A stretch of 64,000 nucleotides of DNA from Oopsacas minuta. Taxonomy: Eukaryota > Animalia > Porifera. The position numbers were made by a program, and so were the translations under genes. Location: NCBI GenBank assembly GCA_024704765.1, contig JAKMXF010000319.1, positions 62,001-126,000 of the forward strand, given 5' to 3'. Under the pieces are notes generated by a model, which was given only the letters and a program-made list of their open reading frames with translations, was not told the DNA's origin and made no database searches. Numbering within the stretch: position 1 is the stretch's first letter; every line of letters starts with the position of its first letter. Below, piece by piece: positions 21,114 to 32,607 of the stretch.

Positions 21114-23951
21114 CTATTCAATACAAGAATTCTGTATAACATTATCAGTCCTATCACATATAATTTTACAAGCTTCTAGTAGACTTTGTAAAAACTTATG
21201 ACCAATTTCCCGAAAATCCTCCAGGGTGATTTGAAAGTCCTTCTTCTCTCCCTGGTTAAAACCGCAGTACGTCAATTCTAGAGTGTAAGAACAAGAAATA
21301 ACCAAGTTTGTACCCACAACTACACGTCCTCAGTGTAATTTGGATTTTTGAATCGTATTTGAACAGCTTTGCAGGTCAAAACCGGCATAATTCTCCGCGA
21401 AAATGCTCGGTAAAATCTCTTCAATCTTACTATGAGAATTACACCCATACATAAATAGATTTTTCTTCAAAGAATGGCCATGAAAATCACAAAATATCAA
21501 AGGCTGTTTTCCTAACGAAATTAATCGCTGTATCAATGCTTTTGTATGGTAAATAGTTGGATGTAAATTGGGTGAAGGTGCATGCCATTGTCTGTTCAGA
21601 TCAAACCCTAGCAAATTACATCTTGTGTAACCGTATATAACTCCATCAGGATTCAACATTGGCACAATTTTAAATATGAATTTCGAACGTAATTCTACGG
21701 CAATCGGATCATCAGTGAGTAACATTTCAATGATACTTTTAATCATCCAACTTGAATTTGATTCGCCTGGGTGTACGCGTGCTGACAACACAATATATTC
21801 TTTAGAAACCTCCACGTTTTTTCCAAAATCTGTTATTGTAACCAGTGGACATGGTATACCCGTATATGTATAGCACAAAGTGTCAATCTTAAGATACATA
21901 TTAGAAATTGATGTATTCACCCAGTTTGATATATCATGTTGAAGATTAGTGTATGTGTATGGAAAATGGTAAGCGATATAGCATTCGTCGTTATCAAATG
22001 GGAAATTCAGGTTAAATGTAAGAGAATATAATTTTCCAGTTGTGTTTGTATCCGTGGTTAGTTTAGTATAATCACTATCACCATAGTAAAGCAATGATCC
22101 AATGCGAAACCAACCTATTCCACTTTCGCGATTAGATTTTCGCGAAAATATCAATGGTTGCATTCCACTTGAAAACTGCGAACTATTTTTCTCGAAATTA
22201 ACAAATTTGAAAGTGTAGTTCGTGGATGAATCCATGTTAGTGACTTTGAATAAAAACCATTGGACATGTCTAGTTGTATCTGGTCGTAGGATGACGTCAT
22301 ATGAATGTGTATTAATTTTGGTTATTTTCAGTAAATTCGAACTCTCAAAATCAGCCGAAAATACCAAACTTTGGGAATTATCGAGCATTGGCAACGGTGA
22401 ATGAATGAAATTATCTTTCTTAATTCGCTTAGGGTTTAGAAGTGGGTCAATAAAAATGATTTTCTGGCGGAAAACTTCCTTTTCAATCGAGTAAATTGGT
22501 TGATTAATAATATTAAGCTTTGCTAAAGCAATAGATAGTGTAATGTTATTCTCCTTTTGGTATAGTTGTGTCGGTTCCCCACGGAGAGTTGGACTTAAGA
22601 AGGTGTGAAATTTCGGTGAAATGCTGTAGCTTTTGGTAGAATACGCGAAGTAATTAGAGTGTTTTTGTAGATTTTCATAAAATTGTGTTAATTTTGGATC
22701 GATAATGTGATCGGGTTTCCGTGTTCTGAAAAATTCAGATAGAAGAGTTTGCGTGTCAAATTTCGCGGTGGAATTAAAACAATACATCGATAAACTATCC
22801 AAGTCAATTAATGATTGTATTGTAAGTGAGAAATTTCGCGATTTAGATTCCTGGCACTCTTCAAAGAATAAATGTAATCCCTCTATCGTGGGCGATGAAA
22901 TAAATTTTCCATCACATTTTGGTGAAATTCGACTCTGCATCGAAATCTGTTTCTTATAATCATCAATCTGAATATCAGAATTGTGACAAGGATAAGCCAA
23001 ATTTTTTCTGAGAATAAAATCTTGAATTATCTCTAAATTCAACTTAACAAACCGATCTTTCAATTCAGAATTCATAGTAACCAATTGAAACTTCGCAAGA
23101 GTGTCCCTCAAGGTTGTGAAAAGATTTGAATCTATCATTACAGCGTGCCCACGCGGAATTCGACTAATATCCTTGAATAGCTCCAGTACATCGAAAATTT
23201 CCTTAAAATCCTTGAAATCGAACATCAAAAATGAATAAAATCGAACCAATTCGTCCACGAGATTCTTCCAAGAAGTGAGTGCCAAAATGCCTTTGTTTTT
23301 AACAAGCAATCGAATAGAATCAATGCAAATTGAAACAACATGATGTAATGGGAGACTCGCGTTGTCAAGGTAAGACAAAAGAATTCTCATCGCGAAATGT
23401 TTGCGGAATGCAATACAAGTTGTAGGTGATATAGCACAGCGATGAAACACGGTTATTACCGGCAGAGCATGATCAAAATCATTCGAATAATACCGCAAGT
23501 TTTCCAATAGAAATGTTGTAAGATGGAAACAACGAAATTTTGTACTGAATTTCGCATCTTTTTCTGATAATTTCGCGAGTAGGATAAAGTGTATTGTAAA
23601 ATTCTCAGGGATAGCGCTTGGAAATAAAGAAATCGACTCAAATATCGCTTCTGTCCCATTGAACTCAACTATCCGTTTTGACCCATATTTCACGAGTGTC
23701 ACTTGAAAAAGTACTTGAATCAAATCCTGTTGAATTTCGAAATCCCTCACCAACCGAAAACTGTCAATTAAGATTCGAAGTATTGAGCTTTTGCTAACTA
23801 AAAATTTGGCGTTTGTTTTCGGTTTTTGGAAGAAGAAATCTACAATTCTCAAAACTTGATCCTGTATTTGAATTGTATTGTGGGTTTCAACTGTTGCAAC
23901 CATTGAGTTAAATTCGTATATTAGATCGACCAAATTCAATTCTTGATTCAT
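21114..23951 (-). CDS. AGTPBP1: Cytosolic carboxypeptidase 1-like tubulin deglutamylase (M14) with an in-frame TGA at 21330-21332
   Basis: 873-aa intronless ORF with an N-terminal helical (ARM-like) region, the pro-domain FSADFESSNL and QWFLF, zinc motifs HPGES and DFHGHS, and NPDGV...DLNRQW. After the TGA the same frame continues 71 aa (GRVVV...SYTLELTYCG...EIGHKF), matching the CCP1/CCP4 C-terminus. Confidence 0.85.
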
Positions 23952-24746
23952 TTTTATTTTTATCTAATGTTGAGAAGTTAAATACACACTATTTATAACA
24001 ATTGGGGTGTGCTGGACGTTTCCAGTTCGCACATTGAAAATTTGTTGCCAATCAGGACTTTCGAGACCTTTGAGAAATGCATTATTTTCATATAACTGGC
24101 ATGTCGTATACAATGGATATCGCTTATAGGAACAAACTCATGTTTTTATAACCGAAAATATCGTATTGCCGGCTACGATATACATGAATACATGAGATCC
24201 TCTTTTCAAAGGCTGTTTACTAAATCTAGTATGTTGCAATACCTGTGTTCTTATATCCGGCACAAAATCAATGGAGTAGAATCCAAAAATCGGATAATCG
24301 AGCTTGTGTTCTTAACTTCTTATAATCGGCATGTTCTTATACCGATGTTCTTATAACTGGTGTTCTTATATCCAGCATCTACTCTATATCTTACCCCAGT
24401 TCTACCCATAAACCATCCATAACCACACACAAATAAGGAAAGAAACAAAAAATAAAGCAAAGAAATGAATAAGCATACTGTACCTTTATATCAGTTCAGA
24501 AATCTTACAAAAAAGTTCCCAATAATACCAGGTAAGTACAATTATGAGAGACAAGTATACAACCAAATAAAAGGTACAAGACAGCAAAGCAAGAAATGGC
24601 AGAGATGCAACTAGCTAGCTAACAACATGTAAATGCGTGTGTATATAAAAATGTAACAAAAGAAATAACAGTTAGCGCTGGAGGCAATATGCGCAAGGCC
24701 TATTTTGTTTGTAATTAAGCTTGAATGTGCGAATTGGATGCTTTGT

Positions 24747-27700
24747 TCAGATGGACTGTGCTTCATTATCATCTTGTATTATTGGCTTATAGATAGGGGA
24801 AAATGGATTTTCATAACGTTTAACTTGCTGTTTCAACTGTAAGTTTTGCTCCCGTAAAATATCATTGTAAAACTCAAGAGATTTTACCTTCTCTTCACAC
24901 TGGTGTAGTTTGATTTTCAACAAATCTACTTCTGGGTTTTTGAATGCCTCATCACGTGATGTTAAGCTGAGCGGGCTTAATTTGTGCGGACCTTCTTCTG
25001 TTGCATCTGTATTGTCAATTGACCAACGTCTGGAGCGTGTAACACCATCAGATTTCGCCCCTAAATAATCACTTATCGATTGTGTGGAGTGGCTGAGGCT
25101 TTTTTGGGGTGGACTCCTAATCTTGAAATCAGATAACTCAGGGCTAAATGGGGAATCTGATTTGGGTGGCGAATGTTTAAAGTATTCCGGCAATGGTTGT
25201 TCAGTTGAAACCGGTATGGCGCTAAGGTCACTAAGCTGAGCATGTATAGCTGTTCCAACTGGGAGTGTCGTTGTGTTGGAAAATGGCTTAGAAAGTGAAC
25301 TGAGTGCGGGTGTTTGTTCAGTTGGGTTGCTGACAGGAATTTGCCCGGTAAACTGATGAGCAAATGGATTATAATTACCTTCATTTGAATTTGGGAGAGT
25401 GCCAGTCTGGAAATAGAACTCCTCATCAGCTCGTGAAAAATGTAGATACTTACAATTGGGTAAATTACACTTCCCGCGCTGGAAATTGCGACAGAATGTG
25501 ATTATGTTTGTAGCTTTATCTCTCTGAGCAATGTCCAAGTTCTCCGCGTGTCTGTACTTACATTTTTGGCCTCGCATGCATTTCCCTCTCTGAAAATCTC
25601 TATTGTGAAATTATATTGATAAAATAACTGGTGAAAACAACCGAGTTCTACTGTACATCGTATAGAATTAATGCATTTCTTCATGAGGTTATTAGAATCG
25701 ACGAAAATAGATCACAAATCACTGAAACTTTGCTGAAAATGCAAACATAATCTATAAATATACTCCGTGCGATTGAGGCTATTATTAAATAGAATTATCT
25801 GAAGTGGCATAACTAATTAATGTATACTCTAATAGAGCTAATTTTGAATAATTCTTGGTATCATTTTAGCCAATTAAAATACTGTCAATCAGCACAGTTG
25901 TTTGGCAAATATTTTGAGATTAAGCCTGACTATAGCGAATATAACCAAATTCGTTTGAATAGACTTTTAAGAAATTCAAGTTTCATACATTTTCAAGCCA
26001 AAATTGCAAAATTCAACTATATTTCGATCAGCTGTTTGATGGTTCTGAAACAAAATTCGAAAATCAGTTTCAGCTATAAAAGTTTACAAGCACGGTTCCC
26101 AACCATTCTCACCCGTGGACCCTCTATACCAAGATGAATACACACTGTGGCCCCCTTCCCATAGACTGCAATACAATTTTTGAGATCCGGTGGAACCATT
26201 TTGTCCTCTGTGAACCACCAGCGGTACCCAAGTGATCAATGGACTTCAGGTTGGGAACTGCCGCGCTGATTTAGCATATCTGCAAAAAATATGATATATT
26301 TGGATAAAGTAGGAAATTACACCTGTAATACAAAATGTAAATTGACACAAAGTACATATGGCCGAAAGAACTGTTGAGAAAAGACCTTGGGAAATGAGAC
26401 TACAAAACTATGACGTATTTTACAATATTGTATTTGCACCCAAAATATCAAAATATCGACATTTACCCACTTTCGATGGGAAAATATAGGCGCGTTTCAT
26501 CCTACACATAAACTCATTGTACATTATAAAGTTAATAATCCGTATAATATTATGAGATGACTTGTTTCTCATTGAATCAAATGCTAACAACCAGTCACCA
26601 TATGCTATCCGTTAGTAAAAACAGCTCGTGATAATTACATTAGCATGAACTCCTGTTCACAAAATCCTTCAAACCATAATTTGAATTTCAAATACCTATA
26701 AAGGACTATCCAGATGTGAGAAGCCATTGATCACTTTAAACGAAATGCTAATTTTACAGATGTACGGACAGACAACAATGGTAGTAATAACAAATATAAC
26801 TGTACACATACATAGCCTGATAGCTATGCCAACTGCTTGTCATAAATGCTATTAGTAAGTGAATTAGTTAGGGGAACATCTTCATAAGATTGTGACTGGT
26901 ATACTGTTAGGGACATTTTGTAAATACTTGCCATCTAAACAAATCTTTCCTGACAAGTCTAGTCAGTAGCGGTCGCAGAGGTCGCAGAGTTCTGCCAGAT
27001 CCCCTAGAACACCACTGTGGTACTGACCATTATATAATTAGATTTTGCCCCGGGTTTGAAACTTGGACCCAGCTTGCCTCGGATATGCAAAGTCCTGGGA
27101 CCACCCCTATCAATCTAGTCATCTTACCGACCCCTGCATGTAATGTTCTTGGATTCCCAATGCCAATTGCTTGGATTTTATGAGGTAACACAAAATATTC
27201 GAATAATCTCCCCCCATTACATACATATTACACACGAAAATAGCCAGAAAAATAGCAAAATGTCTCATTTGGGATTTTGAAAATCTTCCCCTCTAAATAT
27301 GAAGAAATTTTTGAGATTATCCAGCGATCCGAGAGAGCAGTATGCAATATGTGAAAGGATGTATACATTTCTAAAATGATAGAGTTACTAATCGCATAAG
27401 GATAGAGTTTGAAATATGAATTCTAGAAAAACAATCTGAAACTATACAGCACTACAATAACCTCATTCAACGACAATCTCACATTCTAAGAATAGACACA
27501 AATATTCGAATGACAGTCTTAGAATTGTTACAACTTAACGTGGAATGACGTCATTTAACGTAACCCCATAGAAGCAAGTAAAATGCGGGTTTATCATTGA
27601 CCAAATATGCCAATACATAAAAGTACAATATTTCCATCTAATTTCAAATATCTAATCAATGATTTCAGACTCGATAGCAGCAATATTTTGCAAATCAAAC

Positions 27701-29378
27701 TGTGCATTTAAGTGGGATTTGAATAGGGATTCAATACTAAGAGCTTGTCAAGCCAATTTTAGAAAGTTAAAGTATTATCCATCTTAATATATTAATTCGT
27801 ACAGACACAATACTATCGAGTGCATAACATGTTGATGATGCATATAATAGTATGGCGCTGTGAGTAGTGAAATAATAGATTCTAGTTTGTATTATATCGG
27901 CTTATATATGCGGGAACTTTACGTTTCGTCGCTTTTCCAGTCAGTCTCATCAGGGATATTCCATTTTTGCCAACTTTATGGCGGGACGTCCCGATTTGCC
28001 GGACATGTGTAGAGGCCAATTGGGGTAATGTCCCAGTTTTCGATGTGCACAAGAAAATGTAGTTGACAATAAATATAGTAGAACTTGGATAAGACGTAAC
28101 ACCTCGAGGAAATACCAACAGATGTACGTCTTATCCGAATATAAGTCAACATAGTGGGCATCGCTTATAAGAACCTTCCACTGGAAACGGTTCTCGTAAA
28201 CTCTTGTATAAAATGCACGGGTTATCAGAACATATTTTCCTACTCCCAAAGGTGTTCTTGTAAGCGATATCACTGTGCATATGATGTCGTAATTAAGCAA
28301 GAATAATTAGCTGACAATCTTGAAATCTCCCCAACATTATATTTTACAAAATTACTGACCCTAAGCCAGTGTATTTATGATAGCTTGTGTCACAACAATC
28401 AAGAACATATAAAGACCAAATTTTGTCTGTCTGCAGAATGATGAGGACGAAATTATTGAATAGATTGAAGCATAATATGATATTCTAGCGTGAATGCATG
28501 TATTTCGAGCCAGATGTCGTAAACAATTCTCAAAGTAATATGACACTCTGTTATCTGTTAGAACATATTGAATTTGTCTATAAGCTAGTGTGGAGCAACC
28601 TTTTAGGAGGGTTATGGTTGAAATGATATTGATAATCATCTCATTAGTCATTTAAAATATTCCATTTTTAATATTATGCAAAATTGGGATTTTAATAAAA
28701 TGAAGGATAAGTATCAGGGAGATTGCAACAGCAAAATAACTTACAATGCCAACTGTCCTGTTTTTTCGGGCATGTGTAGAGGACCAATGGGGCTAATGTC
28801 TCGCCAAAACTTGCCAAAAACCTTAATTGTCCGCTATTTTGTAGTATAATATAATACGAATATGCTACGTCCCGCGAAATTCGCACCATTCGTCCCGCTT
28901 TTCCTTCACTTAGGGGTAGGAAAGATAAAGCTTCGATATATTAGTTTTCGAGATACATTTTGTAATGGTTCGAACAATTACATGGCTTTCGTGTGATATA
29001 TAATATGGGTTACATTCGCCAAGACGAGTTGTGCTGCTTCGATCAATAATCGGATATATATTATTTGAAAACTAGAATTGGAGCAACCTTGGGATTATTT
29101 ATCGATAAAATAATCAGACATGGAATAATTCCTCGTCGCAAAAATTTCCACAAAATGTTCTACATATCTAACCTGCAATATTCCTGCTTCATATCTTGCA
29201 TCTGTTGTTGCTGAGGATCGGCAGCAAACATATCCATATACTGCTGCGGGGCGTGCTCACCGACATTTTTCATCCTCTGATCATAGTAGTATGGAGTCTG
29301 GAATTGTTTCTGCATCATGAGATCATACTGGTGTTGATAATTCATATCTTGTGGAACCATTTGACTGAGACTTGCCAT
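24747..29378 (-). CDS. ZC3H10: CCCH zinc-finger protein, ZC3H10-like; two exons (29173-29378 and 24747-25599)
   Basis: The phase-2 splice TGC AG|gttag...caatag|A GAT rebuilds EYCRDFQRGKCMRGQKCKYRH. The second finger FCRNFQRGKCNLPNCKYLHFSRADEEFYFQTGTLP resembles ZC3H10. A C-terminal coiled coil follows. The intron is ~3.6 kb. Confidence 0.75.
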
Positions 29379-30305
29379 TTTGAATGAGAATTATAGTGAG
29401 AGTCTAGAAAATTGAATATTTATAAATGTGATACTATCATTTAAGCTTCACGGGCGGCCGCTCTGCCCCCCGTGGGTGCTGAACTGGCAAACTAGGTTCC
29501 CGCCAAGCACCCAGATAAACACTTGGTCTGGGTTTTGAGGCGGAGACTCAATTTCGCACGGTGGACCCCTCTCCAGATTTGGATTTATTTCACTGAAAAT
29601 GTAGACAATGGGGGCAACACATTAGTTGATAATTGAAATGAAAATCTCACTCACCGTAAATTTATGAAAACAATAGAATTCTAAAATACACTCCAATCCA
29701 TCTCTATATATACTCAACTAGTAATATCTATGAATTGTGATTAGTGTAATTTGATGACTGATGCAAGTAACATATTTACAAACAATTCAGTACTATAACG
29801 ATGATATTCTTCATCTTAAAAACAAATATTTTTAGATTACGTGTGGCCGTGGCCACGCAATTTATAGTAACAATTTGTGTATTAACAAGCCAGTGGTAGG
29901 TGGAACTTGTACCATTTCATGTCAATAACTATTTCACAATTGAACTGGGCAACACAATACATACAAACTAGCTAGTTTATCAACACTACCATCTACTATC
30001 ACGTCGAAGTGTGCTACACATCTATCATCCCCTTTGTGTGAAAAAACTGCCTTTGATGACGTCATAGAATTTGAACAATGAGAAAATGAAATCGGATAGA
30101 ACATAAATCATATATGACAAGGTTTATCAAACTCTTATTGGCTATGCCACACTTTGTATACATTTTCTATTATGTCCAAGTTTTGTTGGTCATCATTCAA
30201 CAAACTTCAATACTCCCTTAAAATCAAATATCTTATCTAGACAAGTCGATTATTTCCTAGTTTAAGAATAAATGAAAAATTACTGAGAAAATAGTTTTGT
30301 CAACA

Positions 30306-30469
30306 AAAATCTAAATTTAGAATCTGTGCCGACAGCTTAATATTAAATTAAATATGTGTAAAGTGGCACTAGTAATTGGAAACACCGTAAAAGTTTAGCT
30401 TAACCAAATACACTTAGTGCCTCCAATTACTAGACTAAGTTGTCGGCACAGATTGTAATGTTAGATTTT
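30306..30469. mobile_element. MITE with ~34-bp TIRs
   Basis: AAAATCTAA...AATCTGTGCCGACAGCTTA with an inverted copy at the right end. The internal AATTGGAGGCACTAAG motif is shared with ~6290, 16507 and 19037. Confidence 0.65.
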
Positions 30470-32448
30470 TGCACGCTACGCTCGCGAATTGTTTCTAAAC
30501 ATTTGAATCTTGTCTAATCTTGCGATTTGTTATTATTCAAAATTTGACATGTCATAAACACGCTGACGTCACTATAATATTTGGAATATATCCGACTTAA
30601 CATCCACTACACTTTATCTATTGCAAATAATATTCTATCTCTTATAAGAACTAGAGAGGGGAGAGGATGTTATGACTCTAAGAGGAAGAATTTGAATTCG
30701 TTAAAGAAGGAAATAAACTACGAGATGATGTTATGTCGTATCTCAAAACAATTTTAAACCATACCAATTACACTTTGACCTAAGAGTAAAAACAAATCAG
30801 CCAAGCCACTGATTAGTCTTGTAAAGATAAAGTTGTCATACGCGATTTATTAAATAAACAAGTTTTAATAATATATAAACGTGGGATTCCAATAACCAAT
30901 CACGTTGTTAGGGAACTAATTAAATTCATTGAAATAAGATGGGTAGGAAATGAATAGTAATTGATTTTTGGTGGAATACGTGTTTAATACCGAAAAGACA
31001 TTGAGTAACCATTTGTTTTTGATAAATATTTTTTGACAATATTAGAATTTAGAATACAAATCATTGCTTAATTAAGACTCGTAAGGATGGACAAGACTCT
31101 TTCAAAAGGCTTAAGTGTGCTTTTTTTCAGACAGCATTCTCAAAAGATAAATACGTAGGATTTAATTGAATTCAGCATACGAGTCTTGGCAGTTTGGCTA
31201 GCATTGTATGATAGTTTCAACAGGTAAGATAATTACTGAATTAGCTGCAAGCATTATTCGAATTCTTACTCAAATTTGATAGCCTGTAATACAAACATAG
31301 CTTCTCGGCTTCAAAGTAATGAAACTAGTGCGGGCAAAAAAAGTAGCACAGTTGCGGAATCTACCTACACGAGTAGACACTTTAGCGTTCATCTAGAATT
31401 TCATCTCCAATTCAAAGTATATCTTCTGAATTATGCTTACATCCAGTTGGAACTTGGGATGAAATTTGTAATCGAACCAAAACCTAAGTTCTTTAGTTGT
31501 GTAACAAGATTATACACAGATGTAGCTTATGCTAATGTTGACAAAGTGTACCAAAAGCTTTTCCTTTATTTGTATCAACAACAACATGCATCATAACAAT
31601 CATAGGCTTGGCTTGTAGTCATAATGGGAGGATATAGTTACAACCACTTAAATACTGATCTCAGCAAATTTCCCTCAACAAAGGAAGAATAATTATACGT
31701 AATATATTTTGCAGAATTTAGCAGTGATGAAAGAGTGATATGCATGGAAGTATCATATCTGTGGTGTCTTGGCTAAGTGGCAAATTGCAGCAGATAATAA
31801 AACGCCAAATTACCACGTAGCATAAATTTAGTGTCAACTTCAGTAAGCTTAGGGCTAGTTGATTAATTCAATATAGACACTGAAAATTTTTTGACTACAA
31901 GATTATTATTAAGAACTAATTATTTAAAAAACATGCACAGACAACAGCTGTAAATTTGCACTGATTTATTAATATTATTTGTTGCTGCAATATAGAAATT
32001 CGAAAGTTGACAGTGGATTTTGTTTACTACAAGAAATTGGAAATAAACAAAAACATATACAAGATGGCAACCTAGAATTAACATAAATAGGGTAGGCGTA
32101 TTCCTCCGCAATTTGTTGATATTTTCAGAAATGTTGGGGAACTCAACTTATGTGTTACAGAAAATTGAATTCAAAGTCTTAGGCATTATGCAAGTTGAAT
32201 AAATTGAGAAAGTATAGATTATTCCAGAAAATCAGCAATTTTTCATTGTAATAATTCAACAAATAACTTACTGTAAGGGTTTATATAACAAATTGTATAA
32301 CTCAGTAAGAGAATTCGTGATCCGAGTAAGACATACTTTGAATTTACGAATGCAAACTGATTCAGGATAAATTGTTAATTAGGAATCGACAAACTTGTGA
32401 CTATTCATGTATATATGATTGAAATAGTACGTCAACAAACTCACATTA

Positions 32449-32607
32449 CAGTAGATCCTCGCGAACCGAACAGCAGTGTTCCAATTGCAAAATAGTCCAT
32501 TCGGATTAGTGAAATGCAAAGAAACAATACTATAGGATCTAGGAGTACAGTTTTTTCCAAAAGTTGTATAACCTTTCGTACCTGCTCGGGTTAGCGAGGG
32601 TCTACTG
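32449..32607. mobile_element. TA-target pogo/Tigger-like MITE
   Basis: ~23-bp imperfect TIR CAGTAGA(T/C)CCTCGC with TA on both flanks. Similar TA-CAGT...ACTG-TA elements occur at 36742-37187, 41458-41542, 46120-46226 and 52091-52266. Confidence 0.75.

Larger units (their letters stand above)
16456..21483 (+). repeat. Tandem segmental duplication, unit ~2.5 kb (16456-18982 and 18983-21483)
   Basis: Both units start GCTGCGGTAATGCTGTGTGGGA and end CTTCAAAGAATGGCCATGA. The junction at 18982 shares a single A. Each unit carries a TRAF-like gene and the CCP 3' end. Confidence 0.95.

Noticed and set aside
21330-21332. Genome-wide TGA reassignment, or a tiny intron removing the TGA
   Set aside because: Other genes here end in TGA. 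The only nearby GT-AG pair would make a ~36-nt intron that deletes conserved residues.
1-23951. Dynein and CCP1 as a functionally linked ciliary-gene cluster
   Set aside because: Both relate to tubulin or axonemes, but unrelated genes intervene and nothing in the sequence shows co-regulation. No full RFX X-box was found.
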